Source: Bacillota bacterium
GTDB taxonomy: Bacteria; Vulcanimicrobiota; SpSt-956; JAKJGF01
Direction of reading: 5' to 3'
NCBI GenBank assembly: GCA_022704525.1
Contig: JAKJGF010000033.1
Span: 1 to 30,842 of the forward strand
Length of the DNA: 30,842 bases
Position numbers and translations under genes: made by a program. The notes under the pieces are model-generated. The model saw nothing but the letters and a program-made list of their open reading frames with translations. It made no database searches and was not told where the DNA came from. Numbering within the stretch: position 1 is the stretch's first letter; each line of letters starts with the position of its first letter. Of the stretch, positions 16,349-24,568 are shown one piece after another.

Positions 16349-17233
16349 CTACCCATCACCCTGACCTTTTTTTACCGTTATTTCCATGCCTTCTTTAAGC
16401 CCGTATGTATCGGCAAAATTTCCCTGATTTATTGCAAAGGCGAGTGTTCCTTCACTGTTTATATATGCCAGAGCTTCTCCTTTTTGAACATCTCCGAAAG
16501 CTGTAACAAAGGGGATTTCCATATCTATATTTTCTGCTGTTATATGGATGGTGTCATCGGTTTTTACAGAGATTTTCAAAAGATCTTCAGAAGTTATATT
16601 CGTCCAGACATTTCCATAAGGTTCATCTGTTTTATTATAAATACCAATTATTTTTCCTTCTTCTTCATATACAGTGGCTACTTTAATCTCAAAAAGAACT
16701 ACATCTTCTGTTTTTATAGGTCTTCCTATGGAATCGAGATTGCCATTACTCGTGGCCAGTATTGCCCCTGCGGGACTGAAGAGATCCCTGCCGTCAAAGG
16801 TACCTTTTTCCCACTTCGGATTTATCTTCTTTTTATCCAGTTCATATGCTTCTTCTATACCCTGATCCTTTATGACATAAGTAAGAAGTCCGTTATTTGG
16901 GGCAATATAATATAATTCCTTTTTCGTTTTTATTGCTATAGAATTTCTGTCTGTACCTACTCCGGGGTCTATGACATTTACAAAAACCGTTCCTTCAGGG
17001 AAACATTCTGTGCCTTTTAAAAAGAGGCCGGCCTGTTCAATATCAAAGGCTTTTACATTATGACAGAGATCTACTACTTCTATTTCGGAATTTATTGCCA
17101 GTATTGCCCCATGACAGAGTCCCACTGCTTCGTTATTCAGGCCGAAATCTGTCATCAGAACCACTACAGGTCTTCCATAGGCCAGTGAAGTTAAAAGTAT
17201 AAGAAAAATGCTCAGAAGAAATAATTTTTTCAT
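16349..17233 (-). CDS. SAM hydroxide adenosyltransferase family (DUF62; SalL/FlA-like SAM-cleaving enzyme) homolog with N-terminal signal peptide
   Basis: LMTDFG ... VVDLCHNVKAFDIEQAG ... FPEGTVFVNVIDPGVGTDRNSIAIK matches the DUF62 N-terminal domain signature. It is preceded by a ~20-aa hydrophobic leader (MKKLFLLSIFLILLTSLAYG), which is unusual for this cytoplasmic family. Confidence 0.75.
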   Translation of the reverse strand: MKKLFLLSIFLILLTSLAYGRPVVVLMTDFGLNNEAVGLCHGAILAINSEIEVVDLCHNVKAFDIEQAGLFLKGTECFPEGTVFVNVIDPGVGTDRNSIAIKTKKELYYIAPNNGLLTYVIKDQGIEEAYELDKKKINPKWEKGTFDGRDLFSPAGAILATSNGNLDSIGRPIKTEDVVLFEIKVATVYEEEGKIIGIYNKTDEPYGNVWTNITSEDLLKISVKTDDTIHITAENIDMEIPFVTAFGDVQKGEALAYINSEGTLAFAINQGNFADTYGLKEGMEITVKKGQGDG

Positions 17234-17247
17234 TAATAAATACCCCC

Positions 17248-17610
17248 TTAGATATCAATAAAATATTCCATAAGTGTAAAATGGTTAATTAATCCAAATT
17301 GTATTTGCTTTTTTATATTTTTATCCTGAATCATTCCGTAGTGTTTTCCAATTCTATTCTTTGATATAGTTCTTATCTGGTGTATAAGAGCTATTGAGTC
17401 TACAGGTAAACCTCCTGTACCCTTTGCTAAGAAAACTTCATTTGAGTAAATTTTTCTATCTGGTTTTCTGGAAGTTATTGGAAGAACACTTATTAATGAC
17501 ATATTTTTATTATAAGCATCAGAGCTTATGATCAGGACAGGCCTTGTTCCTGCCTGTTCTGAGTTGAGAACAGGATCAAGACATGCCTGATATATATTCC
17601 ATTGTATCAT
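17248..17610 (-). CDS. mazF: MazF/PemK-family endoribonuclease toxin (type II TA)
   Basis: IYQACLDPVLNSEQAGTRPVLIISSDAYN ... VLPITS ... DSIALIHQIRTISKNRI is the classic PemK/MazF pattern; 120 aa. Its start overlaps the antitoxin stop (ATGA). Confidence 0.85.
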   Translation of the reverse strand: MIQWNIYQACLDPVLNSEQAGTRPVLIISSDAYNKNMSLISVLPITSRKPDRKIYSNEVFLAKGTGGLPVDSIALIHQIRTISKNRIGKHYGMIQDKNIKKQIQFGLINHFTLMEYFIDI

Positions 17611-17864
17611 TCAATACACTCCAGACTTTCTACATCAAGCCTTGCAAAATCATTAGCTATTTCTTTAATATCCTGCAAATATAATTCATCTTTTGCCGCT
17701 TCTTTCATTTCCTGTTCATAGATCCTTTGTTGTTCAATGTATATAGCTTTCTTTATGGCCTGTTCAATAAATTTATTAAGGGATTTATAATTCTCTTTTG
17801 CTATTCCCTTTGCCTGTTCAAGTAAAACCTCATCAATATTAAATGTAGCTCTTTTTTTGGCCAT
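17607..17864 (-). CDS. Ribbon-helix-helix type antitoxin partner of MazF
   Basis: 85 aa. The N-terminus TFNIDEVLLEQAKGIAK...SLNKFIEQAIKKAI fits an RHH fold. GGAGGTG RBS 7 nt upstream. There is a 4-bp overlap with the toxin gene. In my hand reading the displayed sequence appears to have one extra C at the 17760/17761 junction relative to this ORF, so I trust the track coordinates here. Confidence 0.75.
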   Translation of the reverse strand: MAKKRATFNIDEVLLEQAKGIAKENYKSLNKFIEQAIKKAIYIEQQRIYEQEMKEAAKDELYLQDIKEIANDFARLDVESLECIE

Positions 17865-17883
17865 TTTTTACACCTCCATTGAT

Positions 17884-17912
17884 ATTATATTTTATACCAT
17901 ATAAAAGTGCAA
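17884..17912 (-). promoter_or_regulatory. Candidate promoter of the antitoxin-toxin operon (-35 TTGCAC, 17 nt, -10 TATAAT)
   Basis: The minus strand reads TTGCAC-ttttatatggtataaaa-TATAAT, about 20 nt before the GGAGGTG RBS of the antitoxin. Confidence 0.4.
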
Positions 17913-17920
17913 GTATTTTA

Positions 17921-17929
17921 TGCTATAAT
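17921..17929 (+). promoter_or_regulatory. Candidate extended -10 promoter (TGCTATAAT) for the transglutaminase-like gene, divergent from the TA promoter
   Basis: TGnTATAAT lies about 39 nt upstream of ATG 17968. The same 9-mer recurs at 16190-16198. Confidence 0.35.
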
Positions 17930-17967
17930 AACAATTAAAACTTTGATTAATTTCAGGAGTGTATGTT

Positions 17968-19617
17968 ATGAACAATCCCATAAAACTGATAAACCGTATA
18001 AAAATACCTGCCCTCAGTCCCGCTTCTATTGCCTTCAGTCCTCTCGGTATATGGATTGCCGATATAGAAAGAGGGGAATTGTTACTTCTTAATCCACAGG
18101 ACGGAACTGTAATAGAGAAGCTTAAATCTGTAGTGAGAAGACCTCAGACCATAAGCTGGGACGGGGAATATCTCTGGGAATATGATGAGGAAACATGTAA
18201 TCTTTATAAACGACATCTTACAGGTGAAACTTCTGTCATGATTGGGCGAATTCCCGGAGTAGTGAGACCTTATCTCGGTATGACCTGTAAAGATAAGACC
18301 CTGTGGATTATATCTCCCGATCAGCCTGAGTTTACTGTAAGTAATAATCATATTTCCCTTATAAAATTCCCCCGGCATATACAGGCAGAAACCTTTGAAG
18401 CTCCTACATATTCCTGCAGAGGACTCTGTCATGACGGAAAATACCTCTGGACTCTGGATGTGGTGGAAGGAGAGATTTTTGCCCTTGACCCTGAAAAGGG
18501 TACAATTCTTACTTCTTATAAGCTTCCTGAGTGTCATGATCCTTCCAGTATAATTGTAACTGATGATAAGGTATGGACAATGGATATAAAGAAAAATGAA
18601 CTCCTTACTTTTCATTTGAATAGAGATGTTCTTTTTTCTTTTTCCGGAGGCCGCCGTTCAGAAGTGGAAATAATTTACCGCTTCAGAAATCCCGGGCCGG
18701 GAATACTTAAAGAAATGGAAACCTTCCAGAGTTTACCTAAAGATTATATTCATCAGAAACTCATAAGCCCTGTTAAGGTTAAACCTGAACCTGATGAAAA
18801 AATATCCTGTCAGTGGGATGATAAAGAAGGTACTGTCATAATAAATAAGATAAGGGATTTATTGCCAAATAAAGAATATGATGTTACGGTAAGTTTCGAT
18901 ATAGAAACTCTAAATCTTAAATATCACCTTTATCCACATAGAATGGGAACACTTGATGATATACCGGAGGAAATAAAAAAACAGTATCTTATTGATGAAA
19001 TGATAAAAAATGAGGATGAACAATTAAGAGAGGTTATCAATAAGGCAAATCTTCTTTTTCAGACAGGAGAAAAGGAAATAAGAAGTAAGGTAGAGGAAAT
19101 CCTTGAAGGTGAAAAGAGAACCTTCTGGATTGCAAGAAAACTGTATGATTTTGTTGTGGACAGTGTTAAGTATGTCCTCCCTTATACGAGTATAACCAGT
19201 AAAAAAATACTTTCCCAGGGTAAAGGAAGCTGTGGAAATCATGCCACTATTTATATAGCCCTCTGCCAGGTTGCCCGTCTTCCTGCAAGAAGTATAGTAG
19301 GTTTTTCTATCTGGAAAGATGACAGCCGTCTCGGTTATCTCGACCATGAAATACCTGAAGTTTATCTTCCTTCTTACGGATGGGTTCCTGTAGATACAAG
19401 TCGTTTTATGTCGTTACCAATCTATGGCACCCATCCCCTTACAAAATTTAGATCCTTTGGGAGTTTAAGTGATAGATTTTTTGTAAATGGTTTTGGAAGA
19501 GATCTATCCTCCCCTTTTGCAAGAAGAAGACATACTGTAGAAAAACAGATAATAGTGGAAGGGGAATGTGTGCCAGAAGAGAGATTTTTTATGAGATGGT
19601 ATTCAGGTGAGAGGTGA
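17968..19617 (+). CDS. Multidomain protein: N-terminal beta-propeller-like repeats plus C-terminal transglutaminase-like (Cys-His-Asp) cysteine peptidase domain
   Basis: The C-terminus has GKGSCGNHATIYIALCQVARLPARSIVGF ... DHEIPEVYLPSYGWVPVDTS, the TGc core. The N-terminus has repeated LW..D...GE...LDP..GT motifs (glutamine-cyclotransferase-like blades). AGGAG lies 8 nt before ATG 17968; the track's GTG at 17959 overlaps the RBS. The TGA stop is inside a GGTGAGAGGTGAGACGTGA element. Confidence 0.7.
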   Translation: MNNPIKLINRIKIPALSPASIAFSPLGIWIADIERGELLLLNPQDGTVIEKLKSVVRRPQTISWDGEYLWEYDEETCNLYKRHLTGETSVMIGRIPGVVRPYLGMTCKDKTLWIISPDQPEFTVSNNHISLIKFPRHIQAETFEAPTYSCRGLCHDGKYLWTLDVVEGEIFALDPEKGTILTSYKLPECHDPSSIIVTDDKVWTMDIKKNELLTFHLNRDVLFSFSGGRRSEVEIIYRFRNPGPGILKEMETFQSLPKDYIHQKLISPVKVKPEPDEKISCQWDDKEGTVIINKIRDLLPNKEYDVTVSFDIETLNLKYHLYPHRMGTLDDIPEEIKKQYLIDEMIKNEDEQLREVINKANLLFQTGEKEIRSKVEEILEGEKRTFWIARKLYDFVVDSVKYVLPYTSITSKKILSQGKGSCGNHATIYIALCQVARLPARSIVGFSIWKDDSRLGYLDHEIPEVYLPSYGWVPVDTSRFMSLPIYGTHPLTKFRSFGSLSDRFFVNGFGRDLSSPFARRRHTVEKQIIVEGECVPEERFFMRWYSGER

Positions 19618-19643
19618 GACGTGATGAATGGGTTTATATATTA

Positions 19644-20429
19644 CTACCTTCCACCGGTAACACCCGGAAGAGGCCCTACAACACTCGGCAGTGCGGGAAC
19701 AACAGGATTCATACCTGATGATGGCTGATACTGCGGTTGAGGTAATGATTGATTGCCCTGGGGGATAAATCCATAATCACCGAAGTAGTAGCCCGGTTGA
19801 TATCCCGGCGGGAAATAGTAGCCATAGCCGGGAGGATATCCACAACCTCCGGAATAGGAACCGCTCGAACAGATGCCGGTGGAGTAGACATTCCCTGTGT
19901 AGAGATTATTAGTATTAAGCTTGCTGGTAGTACAGGTACCGGTATTATAAGAAGAAGTCTCACTGCAGGGTATATTACCGTGAGAATCATTTGATGGCTG
20001 ATAATTAGAAACTTTATAAATTTTAAACTGACCGTCTGTTCTTATTCTTAATATTTCTTTTCCATAGAGGGGACTATAAGTATATCTTACATTCAGGGAT
20101 TTAAGAATATCAATTAATGGGAGACAGAGAATTTCTTTTCCAGAGTCATTTTTTACTGTGCCTCCATAATTTACAGGATAACCTTTTTTCTGGAAATCCA
20201 TTCCAAAATAGGTTGTAAAAAAATTGCTATCTATATATAATGTATCGTATTCCTTTACAAGTGTTATATTTTGAATAGTATTGTTATCTAAAGATAACTC
20301 CATTTTATCTGTAGATATGATATTAGAGCTGTTAAATTTTGCCAGCTGTATATCACCTGCCTGTGCCTGAAGGAGTGTAATAGCAAGAATACTTGTAATT
20401 ATTATCATTTTAATTGTTGTTTTAATCAT
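19644..20429 (-). CDS. Secreted protein with Gly/Tyr/Pro-rich low-complexity C-terminus
   Basis: The preferred start is the ATG 5 nt after GGAGGTGG (MIKTTIKMIIITSILAITLLQAQA, a signal peptide); the track start at 20444 is that RBS read as Met-Glu-Val-Val. The C-terminal 90 aa are rich in YSGGCGYPPGYGYYFPPGYQPGYYFGDYG. TAG stop. Confidence 0.6.
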   Translation of the reverse strand: MIKTTIKMIIITSILAITLLQAQAGDIQLAKFNSSNIISTDKMELSLDNNTIQNITLVKEYDTLYIDSNFFTTYFGMDFQKKGYPVNYGGTVKNDSGKEILCLPLIDILKSLNVRYTYSPLYGKEILRIRTDGQFKIYKVSNYQPSNDSHGNIPCSETSSYNTGTCTTSKLNTNNLYTGNVYSTGICSSGSYSGGCGYPPGYGYYFPPGYQPGYYFGDYGFIPQGNQSLPQPQYQPSSGMNPVVPALPSVVGPLPGVTGGR

Positions 20430-20626
20430 TTCTACCACCTCCATATTTATATTAACATAAAAACCTTAAGAAAAGCTTAAAAATATGAAAAAATGAAAAA
20501 AAATTGTGAGAGGTGAGAGGTGAAAAGTGAAAAGATTACCTGCATTATGCCTCTAATCAATGTGAGAACTTACGGTTTGCACCGCAAGCTCCGTCCCCTT
20601 GTGGGCGGGGTCATTGACTTGTTACA

Positions 20627-23600
20627 TTATCCGTTTTCTATTGTTCTTCTTGAAGGAAGAGACATATGATGCCCTATGAGGGATTGAAACCAAGCAGGGG
20701 AGAAGGAAGTTCTTCTTGAAGGACGAGGCATATGATACCCGGTGAGTCTGCTGTAAAATTCTTCCTTTGTCATTTTTATGTGTCCCCCTGAGGATTTAAA
20801 ATCTCCCTCATATACACATTCCCTTACAGGCTCATTGGTTTTACTGTCCCCAGTAGAACCTCTATCAGTATCTCCATGGGGGTTACGGAGGTAAACATAA
20901 TTATTATCAATTTTTTCTATAGAAAGTTTGTGCTCACCTTTTCTGGTAGGTTTATCCGAATCCATTCCCCAGCTTAAAGATACAGGTACATAGTAGCCAT
21001 CTGAGAGGGCTTCTTTTATTTCCTTTTCGACAAATTTATTATATCCAGGTTCATAGATATTGATGACTTTACTATCATAGGAAAGAACGGCATTGGAAGC
21101 TTTATTATAATATACATTTGCTAACCCACCGTGAACCTCTGTTTTTTCTCCTGTACCCTCTTCTATTCTGTAGAATTTATCCGTTTTATTATCATATTCC
21201 AGTGAGTTCTCTGCATATGTCATCATACTGGCCTGATAGATCCTATCTACAGGTGCCCTTCCGCTGTGATCATCCTGAAGGACTCCCTCGGGTCTTGCCA
21301 TTATATCTGCGTTGCGGAGTCTCACTTTACCTTCTTTTCCTGTGAGATCTGCTATAATTCTTACATATTCAGAAGGGTGAGTTTTTGCATTTATATATTC
21401 CAGTGTTGTTACGGTGCAGGTACCTTTATTCCCCTGATGTATTCTGTCAGGATGGGCTATGTTTTTCAATGTTTCTTCGAATATTTCAGTTCCTTCAAGA
21501 CCTTCTGCAAATTCCTGATGATGCATTTGTATCAGATTTTGAAGGAGAGTTTTATTCTGATTATCTTTATTCTGTAATTTACCTTCTTTCAGAAGTTTTA
21601 TACATTCTGCCACATTTCCGGGAATTATTTCTGAATCCATTATTTTTACTCTTCCTGCTCTGACAGTCTTTTCTGCCATATTCAGGAATTTTTCCTGCTC
21701 TTTCGGAGAGAGGAGTTGAAAAGCATTGGGAGCTTTTTCATCTTTCCCGATTTCTTCCATTATCAGTTGTCTTTTGTTAACATTTTTAGACTTACTTTCC
21801 ATATGATCTTTTATGCTTTCAGAATATATCCTCCTTATGGAAGAAAAATCCTTCAGAGCAACTGAGAGACTTCTTTTAAGAATTTCTCCTCCCTGCAGTT
21901 CTACCTCTCCTTTTTCACCGGTAAGTCCTGTCATAATTCTTGCATATTCTGAAGGATTTTTTTCTATATTCATATCTTCCAGATGGGTATAATCATTTTT
22001 TTCTCTTGATAATTCCATGAAGCCGGGTTCTGTTAAATTTTTTATAAGAGTATAGAGTACACCGGCTTTATTTAATCCTTCTGCCGGTTTTAAGTTATTC
22101 ATTTCTGTAAGGTTTTCTATGAGGGTTTTACCCTTACTGTCTCTATTGTATAGTTTATCACGTTCAAGAAGTTTCAGGATATCTCTGTATAGTCCCTTTG
22201 TATATAGGCTGTCCATAAGGTTTATAGTTCTTTCTCTGTCATCTTCTGACATATGTTCAAAATTTATCCTGGCCTTTTCATTTTCCTTAATTTTATCTCT
22301 TATGTCCTGACGCTGAAGTTCTTTTAGTTTTTCAGTCCCAAAGTGTTCTTCTATACTCTTACGGTAAATTTCACCGGTATCTACGTTAATGCTCAATTCT
22401 ATTGTTTCGCTTCTTTTAAGGATTTCGCCGTTCTGGAGGAGGACCTCTCCTTTTTCATCTGTAAGACCTGAGATAATTCTTACATATTCTGCAGAACTAT
22501 TTTTAAGGATTTTTTTCTGTAACTCAGATGGATAATCGAATCTTGAGATATTATCAGGTGTAGTTAAAGATCGTATTACCTGTGTTAATACATTTAAACC
22601 TGTAATACCGTCCTGGAATTGACTTTCAAGGGAAATAAGGTTATCCAGAAGGGTTTTACCAGTGGTATCTTTATTCTGAATTTTATCTTTTTTAAGAAGT
22701 TTTAAAAGGTTACTTCTACCACTGGAAGAATCGTAAACTTTTTCAGAGAGATTTAAAAAATCGGATCTTTCTTTTTCTGTCATATTTTCATATTTTTTCC
22801 ACAGTGCTTCATCTTTTTTAAGTCCTTCCATTATATCTTCTCTCTTAAGTTCCCGGACTTTTTCTTTTCCAAGCATCATTCTCATACTGTCACCGTAAAG
22901 AGTTGCCGGACTTACAATCTCTCCATAAAGTTCTACAACTTCATCATTTCTTTTTAATATACTTCCGTCTTTTAGTTTTACTTCTCCTTTTTCTCCTGTA
23001 AGGCCTGTTATAATTCTTATATATTCTGCAGCATTACTGGATGCAAGGTCAAATTCCATTTTATCTGTAAAATTTTTCTTATCCATAGATTCCGGTCTGG
23101 CAGTTGATCTGATTACCTCACAGATTATTATGTCTTTATTAATTCCAGGGGGAAATTTCTGGTCTTCCAGTTCAATAAGATTATCCAGAAAGTCTTTTCC
23201 CTCACTGTCTCTGTCCTGGAGGTAGAATTTCCCAAGAAGCTTTATAAGGTCTTCATCTGTCATACCGGGACGTTCATCCATGGGAGGTTTATAGAATTTT
23301 TCTGCAAGAGTCATAAATTTATCTTTTTCTTCCTGATGCATGGTACCATAGGCCGCCAGTGCTCCATTGTCTTTAAAAATCTGGTTTTTTATATCTTTTC
23401 TTATCTGTTCTCTATCAGTTTTATTCTTTGCATTTTCCTCCATAGATGCCTGGAAGATACTGCTGCAATTTATAAAGCCCTGTCCCTGAAAAGATTTATC
23501 TGAAAATTTAAGGGTCTCTCCATTCTGAAGTTTTACTTCTCCTTCTTCTGATGTAAGGCCTTTTATTATTCTTGTATATTCGGAAGGGTTATCCTTTGTA

Positions 23601-24343
23601 AGCCTGTATTCTTCGGTAAGAGAGGAGTTTTGCTCTGCCAGAAGTTTCATAAAATCAGGAGTTGAGACTTTACCAAGAATTTCTCCAAGGATGAAATCTC
23701 CCGTAATACCCTGGCGAAATTTTTGTTTACCGAAATTGTTGAGATTTTCCAGAAGTGTTTTTCCTTCAATATCTTTATTCTGTAATTTACCATCTTTCAG
23801 GAGAGTTAAAAGATATATACTGGTTCCACCTGGCATATTTTCTCCTCCCGCCATAGAACTTCCGTAACCTCCATAACCTCCCATTCCCATACCTCCCATA
23901 TTACCGAAAGGACAGTAGAATTTTTCTGCAAGTTCCATAAAGATTTTTTTCTCTTCTCCTGTCATATTTTCATAAGCAAGCCAGACTTTTTTATCTTTTT
24001 TCATCTCTTCTGTAATATCTTTAGCTTTCTGTTCCTTTGATACTTCAGGCATAGTAAAGGGCATTCCCATCATTCCTGATGGCATACCAATCTGTCCTTT
24101 TAACACTTCTTTTTCCTTCTCTTCAGGACTTTCCCTTTCAGAAAGAATACTTACAGGAGTTAAGTTCTCTCTGTCTTCTTCGTAAAGTCCTTTCATAGCT
24201 TGAAGATTTTTATTCATACCTTCTATGGCTGTTTGTCTTTTTTGTGATATGGCTGAACTTCTCACAGGAACTGTTTTATTTTTTCCCTGAAGGAGAGATG
24301 AAATACCTGTTTTATGGGCTATGGCGAATTGACTGTAATCCAT
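20627..24343 (-). CDS. Giant (1238 aa) internally repetitive protein with Gly/Met-rich N-terminal tracts and a C-terminal calpain/papain-like (clan CA) cysteine peptidase domain
   Basis: AAGGAGG RBS 5 nt upstream. There is no signal peptide. About five ~200-aa modules each end in ...NPSEYxRIIxGLTxEKGEVxLxNGExLKRS. The last module gains QGNKGTCTV (cf. calpain QGxLGDCW), then a His (KGEHKLSIE) and YLRNPHG (cf. calpain LRNPWG). Confidence 0.7.
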   Translation of the reverse strand: MDYSQFAIAHKTGISSLLQGKNKTVPVRSSAISQKRQTAIEGMNKNLQAMKGLYEEDRENLTPVSILSERESPEEKEKEVLKGQIGMPSGMMGMPFTMPEVSKEQKAKDITEEMKKDKKVWLAYENMTGEEKKIFMELAEKFYCPFGNMGGMGMGGYGGYGSSMAGGENMPGGTSIYLLTLLKDGKLQNKDIEGKTLLENLNNFGKQKFRQGITGDFILGEILGKVSTPDFMKLLAEQNSSLTEEYRLTKDNPSEYTRIIKGLTSEEGEVKLQNGETLKFSDKSFQGQGFINCSSIFQASMEENAKNKTDREQIRKDIKNQIFKDNGALAAYGTMHQEEKDKFMTLAEKFYKPPMDERPGMTDEDLIKLLGKFYLQDRDSEGKDFLDNLIELEDQKFPPGINKDIIICEVIRSTARPESMDKKNFTDKMEFDLASSNAAEYIRIITGLTGEKGEVKLKDGSILKRNDEVVELYGEIVSPATLYGDSMRMMLGKEKVRELKREDIMEGLKKDEALWKKYENMTEKERSDFLNLSEKVYDSSSGRSNLLKLLKKDKIQNKDTTGKTLLDNLISLESQFQDGITGLNVLTQVIRSLTTPDNISRFDYPSELQKKILKNSSAEYVRIISGLTDEKGEVLLQNGEILKRSETIELSINVDTGEIYRKSIEEHFGTEKLKELQRQDIRDKIKENEKARINFEHMSEDDRERTINLMDSLYTKGLYRDILKLLERDKLYNRDSKGKTLIENLTEMNNLKPAEGLNKAGVLYTLIKNLTEPGFMELSREKNDYTHLEDMNIEKNPSEYARIMTGLTGEKGEVELQGGEILKRSLSVALKDFSSIRRIYSESIKDHMESKSKNVNKRQLIMEEIGKDEKAPNAFQLLSPKEQEKFLNMAEKTVRAGRVKIMDSEIIPGNVAECIKLLKEGKLQNKDNQNKTLLQNLIQMHHQEFAEGLEGTEIFEETLKNIAHPDRIHQGNKGTCTVTTLEYINAKTHPSEYVRIIADLTGKEGKVRLRNADIMARPEGVLQDDHSGRAPVDRIYQASMMTYAENSLEYDNKTDKFYRIEEGTGEKTEVHGGLANVYYNKASNAVLSYDSKVINIYEPGYNKFVEKEIKEALSDGYYVPVSLSWGMDSDKPTRKGEHKLSIEKIDNNYVYLRNPHGDTDRGSTGDSKTNEPVRECVYEGDFKSSGGHIKMTKEEFYSRLTGYHMPRPSRRTSFSPAWFQSLIGHHMSLPSRRTIENG

Positions 24344-24387
24344 GGATAAGCCTCCTTGAACCTTTATGCTTCACGGTTGACGTGTGA

Positions 24388-24439
24388 CAGGTAATATATT
24401 TCTTTATATTAATCAGGTAATATATTTCTTTATATTAAT
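24388..24439. repeat. Perfect 26-bp tandem direct repeat (CAGGTAATATATTTCTTTATATTAAT x2) in the promoter region of the giant gene, with a third partial copy at about 24469-24483
   Basis: It was read directly. The copies lie 45-96 bp upstream of the ATG at 24343, and each carries TATATT / TATAAAG -10-like hexamers on the minus strand. Confidence 0.6.
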
Positions 24440-24520
24440 TTTATATTTTATAAAATTTTATAAGAAAAGGTAATATTTTACAATAGTTTAATGTTAAAAA
24501 ATTGTAAATTTATTGCTAGA

Positions 24521-24551
24521 AATAAAAAAACCCGTCGGAAAAATCCGACGG
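24521..24551 (-). terminator. Rho-independent terminator of the lipoprotein gene (also a hairpin for plus-strand read-through)
   Basis: Stem CCGTCGGA / TCCGACGG (8 bp) with loop AAAA. On the minus strand it is followed by GTTTTTTTATTT; on the plus strand by ATTTTAAGG. Confidence 0.7.
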
Positions 24552-24568
24552 ATTTTAAGGGTTGATTT

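Noticed and set aside
15618-19990. Assorted antisense ORFs (15618..15884, 16484..16915, 16674..16865, 17907..18092, 18082..18615, 19024..19347, 19709..19994)
   Set aside because: Each is nested in the opposite strand of a better-supported gene.
20540-20626. tRNA or small structured RNA in the GC-rich island downstream of the giant gene
   Set aside because: There is no cloverleaf, no T-loop GTTC-like motif, and only short 4-bp stems.
21118-22310. Plus-strand ORFs inside the giant gene (21118..21345, 21266..21577, 21385..21663, 22119..22310)
   Set aside because: They are antisense Leu/Phe/Ser-rich artefacts of the Lys/Glu-rich coding strand.
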